From Octopus bimaculoides (taxonomy: Eukaryota), in the NCBI RefSeq assembly GCF_001194135.2, contig NC_068994.1:13027266-13091265 (forward strand): a stretch of DNA of 64,000 nucleotides, written 5' to 3'. A model generated the notes under the pieces. The model searched no databases. It was not told where the DNA came from and saw only the letters and a program-made list of their open reading frames with translations. Positions 1 to 13,859 of the stretch are shown piece by piece. The position numbers and the translations under genes are program-made. Each line of letters starts with the position of its first letter. Positions within the stretch are counted from its first letter, which is position 1.

Positions 1-682
1 TTGTGATGATAACAAGTATTGGTTTGATGGTTATGCGTAATGTAGGTGAGTCAATTATTTGTGATAATGACAACAGCAATCACAAAGATGACATTCAGGA
101 TTCTGTGAAGCAGTGTTTCCAAAATAAAACCAAATACGGAATAGAAAGCAAAATGCTCAACCAAACTTTTTACCCAAAGAAGTACAATCCTCAAGGCCAA
201 GTTCTCCCCAAAAGTTTGAGAGCACGGGCCAATTTGAATCAAAGCCATTCTGACGCAAACTACAAGATTGGACCACCATTGAAACAATCAACATAACAAA
301 ATGGCTGATATTTAACATGCATGATAGGTGCAGGTGTGGCCGTGTGGTTGAGAAAAGCTTTCTTCTCAACCATGTGGTCTTGGGTTCAATTCCACTGGGC
401 AGCACCTGAGGCAAATGTCTTCTGCTATAACCTTGGATGGATAAAGCTTGTGAATGGATTTGGTAGACAGAAACTGAAGGATGCTTGCCATCTGTGTGTG
501 CATGTCTGTGTCTGCATGTGTGCGCATGCATGTGTGTATGTGTGATTAAGAAGCTTGCTTCCCAACCATGTAGTCTTGGGTTCAGTCCCACTGTGCAGCA
601 CCTTGGACAAATGTCTTCTATAGCCACAGGCTAACCAAAGCTTTGTAAGTGAATTTGTTAACAGCAACTGAAGGAAGCCTGT

Positions 683-735
<53 letters not shown>

Positions 736-2607
736 CCTTGTCAACACATCATGTGATCATACAAGCAAGGTTATTCGTTTCCAGTTTTCCATAAGAATCA
801 TATCTGGCCATGGGGGAATTATTGCCTTACTTGGAAACAGGTGAAGGTTAGCAAAACAAAAGGGAATCTGGTTGTAGAATAGGGTAAAAGACCCCTTCGG
901 TCATGAATGACCACGGGATTGCACCTAGAAAGTTACCCTCCTTGGTACAGGTCCAGGCAAAATTGTTTACGGAAGACCAGTAGTCACCCATGCATACCAG
1001 CCTCCCTTCTCCACACCACTGATGTTATCCAATACAGCTTGGCGCCAGTGACAGCACAACTCATTTCTACAGCTGAGTAAACTGGAACGATGTGAAATAA
1101 AGTGTCTTGCTCAAGAACACAACACACTGCCCGGTTTGGGAATCGAACCCACTACTCATGATTGTAAGCCCAATGTTCTAACCACTGAGCCATGTGCCCT
1201 TCATCTGTCCCCCATGCAAGCATGGAAAAGTGAATGGTAAACTGACATTGATGATGGTGGTAGTGATGTTCATGGTGATGTTGACGAGGATATTCTAGAT
1301 GAGCCACTTGTTATGTGCAAAAAGCAATCATTTACACCAAAAAACAAAACAAAAAAAACCCCCAAGAGACAAAGAACAGATGAGAAGCAGTACAAATATG
1401 TTCAGACATGCTCACACATAAGTACATAGCAACAGCAGCTCCTTTTAGATATGGTAGCTATAGTGATAGTTATAGAGAAAATTTTCCTTTTTGTTTTCAT
1501 TCACTGACATTTTGCTTAATATTGGATCAGATGTTTCTTCAAATTATGTAAATGACTGGTATGTAATAAGATACAGGTATGTGTTTGAATGTTGCCCCAC
1601 TATGTCTGATGATGTGATCTATGGTTATGAAATACAAGTATGGTGAAGTATTAGGTCTCGATATCTTTCAGTATCTAATTACATTCTTGTATTTCTATAT
1701 AATGTTAAAGTTCATACTTTAAATATTGTGAAAACAGTCCATTTGTAACACAAATATGTACAAGATCCTTTATGTACAAGATCCTTTATGTAAAATAACT
1801 TCCGGTATATTTCTGGGTCCTGGAACCCAGAAAACTGAAGCATGTTGTTACTTGTTTTATTAATATGGAAAGGAAATTTCTAGCCATTCATAAAATGGAG
1901 TGAATTTATAGATCCTTGTGGTGGTGGTGGTGGTGGTGGTGATAATGAAGATGAGTTGAAAAAGAGAGTAAGAAGTACAAGAAAGTACATAGAAGTACTT
2001 AGAAAAAGAGAGTAAGAAGTACATAGAAAGTGGAAATAAACTGGAGGAATTTAAGAGATACCAATAGAAACTAATAAATAGACAATAAGGAAAAGAAAAG
2101 AGGAGTTAAGAAAAAAAAATTAAGGAAAAATAGTGTGTGTGTCAAAGAGAGGAGCATGTAGTTGGGTGATGAAGATAAAAGAAGGGTAGTATTTATTGGA
2201 CTCAAGGGCACTGTAGTGATATTGTATTGTGGATGTACAGGGTGTCCACAAAGTCTGGGTACATGGAGTAAATAAAATCATAACATAAACAATTAAATAT
2301 GAGAAATGATAATTTCTTAAAGTATGTGTTAATCCCCATGTACTCAGACTTTGTGGACACCCTGCATAATATAAATGTACATATTTTGTATTTGACTGTT
2401 TATTAGGGGTATTATGTATGTGCATAAAAAAAATGTTGTCTCTAAAGTGCAGATGTTGATGTGTGGTTAAGAAGCTTGCTTTGCTACCATGTGGTTCTGG
2501 GTTCAGTTCCACTGCATGACACCTAGGGCAAGTGTCTTCTACTGTACCCTTGGGTTAAGCAAAACCTTACCAATGGATTTGATAAATGGAAACAGAAAAA
2601 AGCCCAC

Positions 2608-2649
<42 letters not shown>

Positions 2650-4301
2650 AATTGCGCTTCATGTTTGAATCTCCGATGAAGCTATACAGTAATACCCAAA
2701 TACTCAACTAAATGTGCATTACACCTTACAGCAGAAACAGCTGTAAGCTAATGAAGTTCATNNNNNNNNNNNNNNNNNNNNNNNNNNNNNNNNNNNNNNN
2801 NNNNNNNNNNNNNNNNNNNNNNNNNNNNNNNNNNNNNNNNNNNNNNNNNNNNNNNNNNNNNNNNNNNNNNNNNNNNNNNNNNNNNNNNNNNNNNNNNNNN
2901 NNNNNNNNNNNNNNNNNNNNNNNNNNNNNNNNNNNNNNNNNNNNNNNNNNNNNNNNNNNNNNNNNNNNNNNNNNNNNNNNNNNNNNNNNNNNNNNNNNNN
3001 NNNNNNNNNNNNNNNNNNNNNNNNNNNNNNNNNNNNNNNNNNNNNNNNNNNNNNNNNNNNNNNNNNNNNNNNNNNNNNNNNNNNNNNNNNNNNNNNNNNN
3101 NNNNNNNNNNNNNNNNNNNNNNNNATCAACAAATATTTCATACACTTCCTACTCTATCTTCCTCACTTTTGTTGCTGTACTTTTTAGGCTTACATGCCCC
3201 CCCCCCTGCAATATTTGGGTTGCCTCATTCCTTTGTGATAGCACTTTCTTTAACTTTACTTTTCTTTGTTGGTCGTGGCGGTGGTGGGTGGTAATGAGGT
3301 AAGGCTGTGTAGGTGAGCATACGTGTGCATATGGAAAAACATGAACCCCCACAAGCAGTAAAACATCACACACACACACACTTTGCTCAAACTCCACTCA
3401 AGCTCCACTTATGCTCTATGCCACTCTTGCTCCATGCCACACTCTTATCTCCATGCTGCTCACACTCATCTCCACCCCATTTGTACTCCACACTGCCCAC
3501 ACTCCATGCCACTTTCATTCACTCTACTCCACTCCACTCACAACGAGAGCACTGCTACTTGGTTGCTCAACCTCTCAGAAATAACTACCAAATATCCAAT
3601 AAAACACAACCAACTATGTTAAATAAGGAAAAGTCACATTGGATATTATAGTCCTAGATACCCCTATACCCCTAAAATAAGTTAGCATAGCCATAGCTGG
3701 AATATCATTGGTCATAGGTTTATTGGGTCAAGTCTGACCTAGAGTTCAACTCCAGTCGTTCAATGAGATAATGGGATTGGCTTTAGCTAGTGTGTTTAGT
3801 CTTCTGAGGCAGGTCTCAAGTTTCCCACCCCCAATTTCCTGTGCCCCTACGTTTATGCAGGCTTATAAAGCAGCGCCAAAAACACTGCCCCTCTAAAAGC
3901 ATCATCTAGAAACAAACAACTTTGCTTGTATGATGGTGATGCTCATTTACACCCATAATATACTACCAAGTATATTAAAGGTTTACAAGTCAATATTGTG
4001 TCTTGTGTTAGCAGTGCAATATTCTCACTTTTAAGTGTATCTCTTTAGATTTTCTTTAGAATTCAGAGCCAGCACTGCAAGTTATGACAATTTGTATGTA
4101 AACACATCTGTGTAAATAATGTGATCAAAGATAGGAAACAATAGGTAATGGGTGTATATGCATATTTCAAGAGTTATTGCTCTTTCATCAGCACCACATC
4201 CAACGTGATGTGTGTGTGTGTGTGTATATACTAGCTGAAGCTACTCTGCCCAATCTTTTTTAATCTATTTATTTATATATTGTTTTATTTCACTTTTCCA
4301 G

Positions 4302-4477
4302 TTACATCCCACTGTTACTATGGGGTAAGAATGGCCATTTACAGACGCTGGTTTGTGGTGTGCGTGGGCGAAACAAAGATGTGGACAACTGGAAAGAAAG
4401 ACGGGAACTAAAGATGGAAGATGGAGCAACATTGACGTTTGATGTATTCCAACCAATTAGAGAACACCCACATGGAG
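4302..4477 (+). CDS. ABHD2: ABHD2-like hydrolase, first visible coding exon (YIPLLLWGKNGHLQTLVCGVRGRNKD...DGATLTFDVFQPIREHPHG)
   Basis: Acceptor cttttccAG at 4300-4301 and donor GTagta at 4478. The translation resembles the remembered vertebrate ABHD2 segment YIPPLIWGKSGHIQT...DGATSTFDLFEP. Ends in phase 1, and g+ac gives Asp with the 20631 exon. Confidence 0.9.
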
Positions 4478-4809
4478 GTAGTAACTGTTTTCTGTATTTT
4501 TGTGGGAGTGGTGAGGGCTTAAATTAATTTGGCATACAAATATGTATTTGTTGTGTGTTGTTGTTGTTTCAGTTATTTAGCCTCAGATCATAATTGAGAA
4601 GGCCTGATAAAAAGTATTCATGTTGTGACCATTCTTTTCTTTCTTGCCTTTTTTTTGTTTTTGTCTTTAGCTCATCTTGCAACCGTGCAGCTCCAGGTTC
4701 ATTCCCTCTACGCAGCACCTTGGGCAAGTGTCTTCTACTGTAACCCTTGGTGGCTGACAAATGCTCTCGTGAGTTAATTTGTTAGATTGAAACTATGTGG
4801 AGGCCTAAC

Positions 4810-4843
<34 letters not shown>

Positions 4844-7049
4844 TTGTTTGTCTTTGTGCCTGTGTTTGTGTCACCGCCACTACTTGATAAGAAGTGTTGG
4901 TTTGTTTACATCTCCATAAGTTTGGCAAAAGTGACCAATAGAATAAGTACCAGACTTAAAAAGAAAAAGTGCTGGGTTCAATTTGTTCAACTAAAACCCT
5001 TCAAGGTAGTTCCCCAGTATGGTTGCAGTCCAATGACTGAAACAAGTAAAAGGTAAAAAAATAAATAAAGACACTATGCTTAAAACTACATTATGTAATG
5101 TGTCCTTCCATTTTTTTTTTTTGTGGTGGGAAGAAATTAGGACAGTCAGATGAGATTTGAGGAATTCGGCTGCTATTTCTAGAAGATCAAGTGTCCATGT
5201 AGAGTCACTTAAACTGGTATCATAAAGACATACTGTTGGATGTCTTTGGGTTGGATATGCCACATTTAAACTGGCATTTCTAACCCAAATATCCTACCTG
5301 TTTTACATTGAAACTGGCCAGATCTGGCCTTTCACAGCTACCCTACAATGTCATTTTAAAATTCAATAGTCGCATCATTGAAATCTTGAATCTACAAGAT
5401 AAAGCATGATTAATTCAAAATTGTGTATAAATTAGCGTTAGATTTGACGGTAATCTGAATGCTAAATGGTAAAGGCTTCTTGTTCATTGTTATTTGATTT
5501 TGATTACCTTACTATACTCAAGAAGACCTGTCCTCCACAGCAGAAATATTAAGGCCATTCTTCTTGGTGAAAAGGATTGGCCTGCAAGAGTTGTGTGCCA
5601 GTTTCACATAAAATGCACTCATGCCAGTGCCATGTTAAAAGCACCCAGCACACACTGTAAAGTGATTGGCATAAGGAAGGGCATCCAGCTTTAGAAACCA
5701 GGCCAAATCAGACTAGGACTTGAGCAGCCCTCCAGCTTGCCAGCCCTGGTCAAACTGTCCGACCCATGCCAGCATGGAAAAATGGATGTAAAGGAGGAGG
5801 ATAAAAAACAAAAAAATCTTAATGATTTTTCTGTTGGGTGCTAGGGGTGGGAGACAACTTTCTTACTAGCTAGACATGACCATTGATTGGCCGAAATGTA
5901 TGAGGTGATGGAGAGAATTTGTGAGAAATATTATGAGTTAGTGGAATTGTGTATTTTTGTATTTACCTTCACTTACTGTTGCCTGTAATTCAAAACATAT
6001 GGCTCTTATTTCATCAAAATAATTGAATGTTGTTTTTGTATTTGGTTTGCAAAATTCTTGATGTAAACTTGTGCACTGAAACAAATTTTGTTGTACCTTG
6101 GTGAGTCATTATGCTAGTGATTTGATGCCGACTTGGAATAGAATGGGTATGTCATTGATGAGGTCATGAATGGCAGCAAAAGGACTTTGACAAATGGATT
6201 GATTGATTGATTGATTGATTAACTGAATGATTAATCAAACAATTGGTTAGTCAGTTAAAAGCTAACCAATTGGCTGATGATAAGAAAAGAAGTGAAATAG
6301 AACCTGTGTATGTGTGTGTGTGTGTGTGTGTTTATAATTGGAATAATAGCCCTCCCAAGATAAAACAAAAATTGAATATTTTTTTAAAAACTTTGTCATT
6401 GTGCAAATGTGGGTGTGTGGTTAACAAGGTAGTTTCCTAACCATGTGATCTTAGGTTCAGTCCCACTGCACAGCTCTTTGGGCGAGTGTCTTCTACTCTA
6501 GCCCCTAACTGATCAAAACCTTATCAATTTGGCAGACAGAAACTGAAAGAAGCCTGTTGCGTGTTGTGTGAGTGTGTGTGTGTGTAATTTAATGTGTGTA
6601 TTTGTGTGACCTTGTCTAAACATCACATGATGTTTGTAAATGAGTATCACCATCATACAAATGATGTTGTCTGTTTCCAATCTTCCGTGGAAAACTTGTC
6701 TGGCCATGGGGAACAGGTTAGAGTTGACGACAGCAAGAACATCTGGCCACAGATAACCTGCCTCAACTAATTCCATCCAATCCATGCAAGCATGGAAAAG
6801 TGGACATTAAATAACGAATGATGAAGCTCACTCTACCTTATTTCAATACTTGAATGGGCTATTGGTTATTGCAAACACTGTGGACATCTGCTACTTTCAT
6901 GGTGACAATAATGAACCCAAGTCAGTAATACATCTTTGTTAGCAGTTCACTTGCAATTAAAATTCCATATTCAGTTCCTGGTCATCTTCAACTTATCAGG
7001 TTTAATTCTGAGTTGCCAACAACATGTGGCTACACTCTTATGGTAGTTG

Positions 7050-7600
7050 AGCCCCTATCACTCCCTATGGAGCACTGGCTATCAACGGCTTTGCTCCACT
7101 GTTCTCGACTCTGGGGTGTTTTTTTCTGTTTTTCTCCAGTTGGATCCCTGCTTTTTTTTTTTTTAATTCAGCCTCGGTGTCCCACATCTCGCTATTTTCA
7201 GGGTATTCTCTCTTCCGCCTCCCTTCTGGGTTCCAAGTCAGGGCCTGATGTGTCATGTTTTCCCCTGAGAGATAGCCGCCTTCCCCTACCAGGTCTTTGT
7301 GGTTTTGAATTGTCACCAATGCTTTTGTAACTTTGCTTTTTATCTGGGTAGGAATGTTGGCCCAATGCGAATCCATTTTTACCTTTGGGAAGAGATGTTC
7401 AGTATTAGCTTGGCCTCTATCCTTTGATTTGTCCAGCACTGAAAGCCCTACCTGAAGCTTGCGCATCACTGGCATAGCTCTCAGGGTTATTCAGGCATGC
7501 AAGCTACCACATTATAACAAGGACTGGACCTTGTGGTGGATAGTTGAGCCTCATCAGCCGAGATTGCCCTTGACAATGTGCATGAGGATTAAATTGCTTC
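7050..7600 (-). mobile_element. RTE-clade LINE 3' fragment
   Basis: ORF 7065-7475 includes ENMTHQALTWNPEGRRKR, resembling the RTE C-terminal 'QALTWNPQGKRKRGRP' motif. Confidence 0.72.
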
Positions 7601-7944
7601 CATGATGACTTATCCAAGAAAAACCATTGAAGGTTTGTTTCAATTCTCTCTTTCTCTCACGCTCTCCCCCCCCNNNNNNNNNNNNNNNNNNNNNNNNNNN
7701 NNNNNNNNNNNNNNNNNNNNNNNNNNNNNNNNNNNNNNNNNNNNNNNNNNNNNNNNNNNNNNNNNNNNNNNNNNNNNNNNNNNNNNNNNNNNNNNNNNNN
7801 NNNNNNNNNNNNNNNNNNNNNNNNNNNNNNNNNNNNNNNNNNNNNNNNNNNNNNNNNNNNNNNNNNNNNNNNNNNNNNNNNNNNNNNNNNNNNNNNNNNN
7901 NNNNNNNNNNNTCCCCCCTCTCTCTCCCCCCTCTCTCCTCCCTC

Positions 7945-7989
<45 letters not shown>

Positions 7990-8570
7990 AATCATCATCA
8001 TTTAATGTCTGTATTCCATGCTGGTATTGGCTGAGCGATGTGTGACAAGTGCTAATAAGGCCGGGAACTGCACCAGGCTTCGTTGTCTGTTTCGGCATGT
8101 TTCGTACTGCTGGATGCCAACCACTTTACCGAGTGGACTGAGTGCTTTTTACATGGCACCAGCACTGACAGGGTCAACAAGCAACTTGCTAGACAAAACT
8201 TCTTGGCTGGGAGGTCGTGGGTTTGTGCCAGTTAAAAGATTTTTATATCAGTACATATTTTTAAGTACAATTATATATATATATGTATATATATTGCTGA
8301 AGCATTTTTCAAAGGTCGAGAAAAATGTTTTAGTATTGAAACAATTGTACAACTGTAAAATAATTATTTCACCCATCCATTTTCACCACCCACTATTCCT
8401 GGGGGATCATTGTGGAAACCTCAAGCACCTTCTCCACAGGAGTTTTATCACTTTCCATGGGGTGGGGGTGGGGTCTTACCACCCACGGGGTCATTACACT
8501 TTCCTGATGGACTCTCAAGCATGACCATCTGAGACTGCAATCCTTCCTGCATCCTTTATTCTATTCCTTT

Positions 8571-8753
8571 CTTTTGTTTGTTTCAGTCATTTGACTGTGG
8601 CCATGCTAGAGCACCGCCTTTTAATCAAACAAATCGACCCGAGGACTTATTCTTTGTCAGCCTAGTACTTATTCTAGCGGACTCTTTTGCCGAACTGCTA
8701 AGTTATGGGGATGTAAACACACCAGCATCGGTTGTCAAGCGATGGTGGGGGAA

Positions 8754-8843
<90 letters not shown>

Positions 8844-9034
8844 TACATATATAGATATATATATATATACTATGATGGGCTTCTTTCAGTTTCCATCTAC
8901 CAAATCCACTTCCAAGGATTTGGTCAGTCCGAGGCTATTGTAGAAGACACTTACCCAAAGGTGCCACGCAGTGGGACTGAACCCAGAACCAAGTGGTTGG
9001 GAAGCAAGCTACTTACCACACAGCCACTCCTGCA
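8571..9034 (-). mobile_element. SINE family A with a long internal (AC)n
   Basis: Family A consensus on -, with about 35 AC units in the middle. Confidence 0.82.
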
Positions 9035-10919
9035 TGTGTTTATATATATATGAGTGTGTGTGTTAATTGCTATGAATGAAAAAAAGATACTCAATACCTT
9101 GAAGTAGAGAAAGAATTATTAAATTTAGTTGACTATAACCAGCACTGTTAGATACTTGTTTCACTGTAGAAATTGCATAAATCTTCAGTGTGCGATATTT
9201 GAATCTGAATTCTTTTTTTAAACATGGTGGGCTGAAGCGCCTGACAGTTTCTGTGAGGAAACTAGCAACATGCCAGCATTGGATTATGTATGTAGATATA
9301 TGTATGCGTGTGTGCTATGTACTTCCTTTTTCTGATTTTATTTTCTTAAATGTTATTCCTCTCTTTCTTTCTCTCTCTCTCATATATATCTCCAGCTGTC
9401 ATAGATTTCTGTTCCTTTTTTCAGTAAAGTCTAAATATAAAAACAAAGTAGACAAAATATTGCTGTGAGGCAAGCATTCTGTCTTGAAGAGACACTGCTG
9501 ACTAAAATCCAAGTTCTTCAAAAATCTCTGCTTACAGGAAAGGTTCGTGCCATGGGCAAATTTCCTGTACATTCCACTTCTGCCGCCCTGTTTATTCCCA
9601 CTTACTGCATGTCTGTCAGTTGTTCTTTATTATTAAAAGAGTTTTCTCTCTCTCTTTCTCTCTCTCTCTCTCCTCACATCTCACTCTTGCACATAGGGAA
9701 CTAATTGTAACACATATATATTCATGCAGCTTAATGTCTATCTAGAACCATTGTTTTAAAGTTAATTTCCATCTTCTTCTTTTTCCATACACATGATAGT
9801 TAAGCTTTTGGGCAGTGGAATAGGAAGTCTTTAGGAAATCTAAATACTTCAAGCATCTCCCAGATGTAAATAATCAAAGTTAGCCATTTTTATGATTTTT
9901 TTATTTTTTCAATTCTAATTTCTTCATTAAGAGATACTGTCTTTAGCAGTGCACAATAACAGTAGTTGTAGTTTCATAGCATAGCCTTATTTTTGGCAGG
10001 GTGGGACAACTTAGGAAGTCCTAAATGACTCCAAAGTTCTCAATAACAGTAAAATTACTATACTAAGTAAAATCCATATATGTTAATTACACAAACAAGC
10101 TACTCTGTTTTTTAAAAAATTTTATTTACTTATTGCCTTCATCATAACCATTTTGTGTTTAAGGTACCAACAATTGTAGCTTATGGTTGGTGCAGATGTG
10201 GATTTGGCAAAGGTGTGGCTGTGTGGTTAAGAAGTTTGCTTCCCAACCACTTGGTTCTGGGTTCAATCCTCTTGTGTGGCAACTTGAGCAAGTCTCTTCT
10301 ATTATAGATCTAGGCTGATTTAAAGCTGTGTGAGTGGAATTGATAGACAAAAACTGATAGAAGCTCATTGTAGATATAGTTATCAACCGAAAAATACTAA
10401 GGCCTAGTTTCATGCCTTTGATGATAAGACTAGGAACTTCATATATCAGCAGCGCCTGCGAGATTTGCGGAGTATTAGGGCTTGAGCAAACAAAATAATA
10501 CAGAGTGGACACACGAAAGTAAACAACAGTAATTTGAAACAATAGACGAAGACAATAAATAAATATAGCCTTGGGGCCAAGCACGAGAATGATGGAGGCT
10601 TACAATGATGGAGAAATCCTCAAATGAATATAAAGAACAGAATTGAGAAGAGAAAAAAATTGACCAGCACACTAGGCGTCCAGTGGCAAAAAGGCAGAAG
10701 ATAGAAAGATAGCCACTGTTCGCATGTGGGTAGCAGATAGAAGGGAAGGAGAGAGAGAGAGAGAGAACAGGGGAAGAAAGGGAGAAAGTCTACAATTAAG
10801 TATAAGAAGACGAGAGAGAGGGAGAGAGGAAGTAGAGTTGCTAGGAAAGGAATATTAAGGTGAGAGAGAAAGAAGGAGAGTCACAAAAAATGTAAACAAA
10901 CTTACTCTCTTTCTTTTAC

Positions 10920-11127
10920 TCTCTTTTACTTGTTTCAGTCATTTGACTGTGGCCATTCTGGAGCACCGCCTTTTAGTCGAGCAAATTGACCCTAGGACTT
11001 ATTCTTTGGAAGCCTAGTACTTATTCTATCGACTTCTTTTGCCGAACTACTAAGTTACGGGGACGTAAACACACCACCTTCAGTTGTCAAGCGATGTTGG
11101 GGGGACAAACAGACACAAACATATACG

Positions 11128-11158
<31 letters not shown>

Positions 11159-11263
11159 NNNNNNNNNNNNNNNNNNNNNNNNNNNNNNNNNNNNNNNNNN
11201 NNNNNNNNNNNNNNNNNNNNNNNNNNNNNNNNNNNNNNNNNNNNNNNNNNNNNNNNNNATATA

Positions 11264-11295
<32 letters not shown>

Positions 11296-11510
11296 CATAC
11301 ACACAAAACATATGCACATATCTATATCTATATACACACATACACAATGGGTTTCTACATACATTTTGTCTATCAAATTCACTTATAAGGGCATTGGTCA
11401 GCTCAGAGTTATAGCAGAAGACACTTGCCCAAAGTGCTTGCTGCACAGTGGGACTGAACCCAAAACCATGTGGTTGCAAAGCGAGTTTCTAAACCACACA
11501 GCCATGCTTA
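10920..11510 (-). mobile_element. SINE family A with the assembly gap inside its internal (TA)n
   Basis: Family A halves lie on both sides of the 11159-11258 gap. Confidence 0.8.
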
Positions 11511-11885
11511 TAAAGTAAATATAAATATTGAAACAGGGATTTTTAAAATTATTTTTATTTTAAATAGATAAAAGAAAACAACACACTGAATGCACTTGGC
11601 ACCTTTTGTTTTTTTTCTCTTTCCTTCCTTTCACTTTTCTCCAGTCACCTTATTGAGCACTCTAAGACAAACTGTTTTTTCTGTTTTTCTTATGAGCCGT
11701 ATCAACAGCTTTCTTTTGATTCTTGGTTGAAAGAATTTAAGCTAATTAATTTAATTTAAGCAAATATCTTTTGAGAAGGGAGCATGAATATCACCCAGTG
11801 TCATTCTCTTTTTCTATAAATTTATGGTCTTGCATTGGAATATATTCTTGGAGCATAATAGGAGGTACTGGATGGGTGGAATTAT

Positions 11886-12428
11886 CAAAGCATTCTTGTC
11901 TGTCTTTACATTCTGAGTTCAAATTCTGCCGAGGTCGACTTTGCCTTTCATCCTTTTGGAGTCGATAAATTAAGTACCAGTTCTGTACTGGGGTTGATCT
12001 AATCGACTGCCCCCCCCCCCTCCGCTATAATTTCGGGCCTTGTGCCTAGAGTAGAAAATAATTATTAAAGCATTCTTATCTGTCCTTACATTATGAGTTC
12101 AAATTCCGCCGAGGTTGACTCTGCCTTTCATCCTTTTGGGAGTCAATAAATTAAGTACCAGTTGTGTACTCGGGTCGATCTAATCAACTGGCCCCCTCCC
12201 CTATAATTTCGGGCCTTGTGCCTAGAGTAGAAAATAATTATTAAAGCATTCTTATCTGTCCTTACATTATGAGTTCAAATTCTGCCGAGGTTGACTTTGC
12301 CTTTCATCCTTTTGGGGTCGATAAATTAAGTACCAGTTCTGTACTGGGGTTGATCTAATCGACTGCCCCCCCCCCTCCGCTATAATTTTGGGCCTTGTGC
12401 CTAGAGTAGAAACGAATTATTAAAGCAT
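11886..12428 (+). repeat. Head-to-tail triplication (about 180-bp unit) of a 5'-truncated family C SINE
   Basis: Three units aaagcattctt...tgagttcaaattc...gggccttgtgcctagagtagaaa..attatt, plus the start of a fourth. Confidence 0.88.
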
Positions 12429-12585
12429 TTTCAACAAAATGCTTTGCAGTATTTTGTAGTGGCTCCTTGCATTCTGAATTTAGCATTTTAGTATTTAAAT
12501 TGCCCGTATCTAGCCCAAATATCCTCTCTGTTTTATATTCAAACTAGCCTGATTNNNNNNNNNNNNNCTTGAATCTATGATTTAT

Positions 12586-12971
12586 CCTTTACTTGTTTCA
12601 GTCATTGGACTGTAGCCAAGCTGAGGTACTATCTTGAAGGGCTTGGTCGAACTAATCAACCCCTGTACTTATTTTTTTTTTTTAAGCCTGGAACTTAGCA
12701 GTTCAACAGAAAAGACTGACAGAATAAGTTACAGGATGTAAACAAACCAACACTGGTTATCAAGTGGTGGTGGTGGGAGGACAAACACAAAGACAGACAT
12801 ACACACGCACATGGGCTTCTTTCAGTTTCCGTCCACCAAATCCACTCACAAGGCTTTGGTCGGCCCAAGGCTATAGTAGAAGACACTTGCCCAAGGTGCC
12901 ACGCAGTGGGACTGAACCCGGAAACATGTGGTTGGTAAGCAAGCTACTTACGACACAGCCACTCCTGCGCC
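12586..12971 (-). mobile_element. SINE family A
   Basis: Reverse complement of the 13860 copy. Confidence 0.82.
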
Positions 12972-13859
12972 TAACAATTTTTTTTTATACAATTCCTAAT
13001 AATATTTAATTATAAAAAATATTACAGGAATTTTTAAACAACAAATGGCTTTGGGGTACATCTGAGTGAAATAGATAGGACTCAAAGGATTCCATTGATA
13101 AAAAATGGTCGAGAAACACTGAATTAGAGCAATGTCACCTATAGAACTCACCATGTATTGTTTTTGTTTTCTAGTTTGTTTGGGTTTTTTTTTTTTTGGA
13201 GGGGGAGTAGTGCATCTTATATGCCATCAAATTTTGTAACTTTTATACATAAAATGATTCACCAGCCATCTGCATGCATAATTTAGAAGAGTTTTATTTA
13301 TTTAAAGAAAGTTTTTTTTTCTTTCTCTTATTTTAGTCCTTGGAAAATTATTTTGCTGCTCTCCTCTCTCTTTCTCTCTCATGCACACACACACACACAC
13401 AGTAGTTGCATGCTCCAACATGAACTAAATTTTTTCTCTAATTTTTTTTTAATGTAGATTTTATGAATATCAATGCAAACCATATTTGGACTGTGCTATT
13501 TTTTTTGTCTAGTTTTATATTTAGTGAATTTTTATATCTACATTATTGTAAAAATTAGTTTAGTTTTTTTTTTCTCTCTCTCTCTCTTTATTTTTTAATT
13601 TTGTTTGTAAGAACTCTTTTAACTCTTCAACTGCAAAATTAGGTTTATTCCAGTAATGATGTTAAAAATATTCGCAAAAAAAAAAAAAAAAAAAAAAAAA
13701 AGAAATAGAATCGGTGCTTTCTGCAAGTCACATTGCCCCAATAAATTTGGCCATATCTCAACAGAAAATAATTTCAAACATGGCATTCATCAACAAAAGA
13801 TATCTTGGTTACACAAAACTGCTTTCCACAGTTAAAAGCAATGAAACTTTTAGTGGATA

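Noticed and set aside
3-296. 97-aa ORF at the window start as a possible ABHD2 N-terminal exon
   Set aside because: No resemblance to ABHD2 N-termini (no hydrophobic anchor) and no fitting phase-2 donor was found.
10395-10460. cctagt/actagg inverted repeat with TTGATGA and GAAA-like strings
   Set aside because: The core motifs fall on opposite strands, so this is not a ribozyme.
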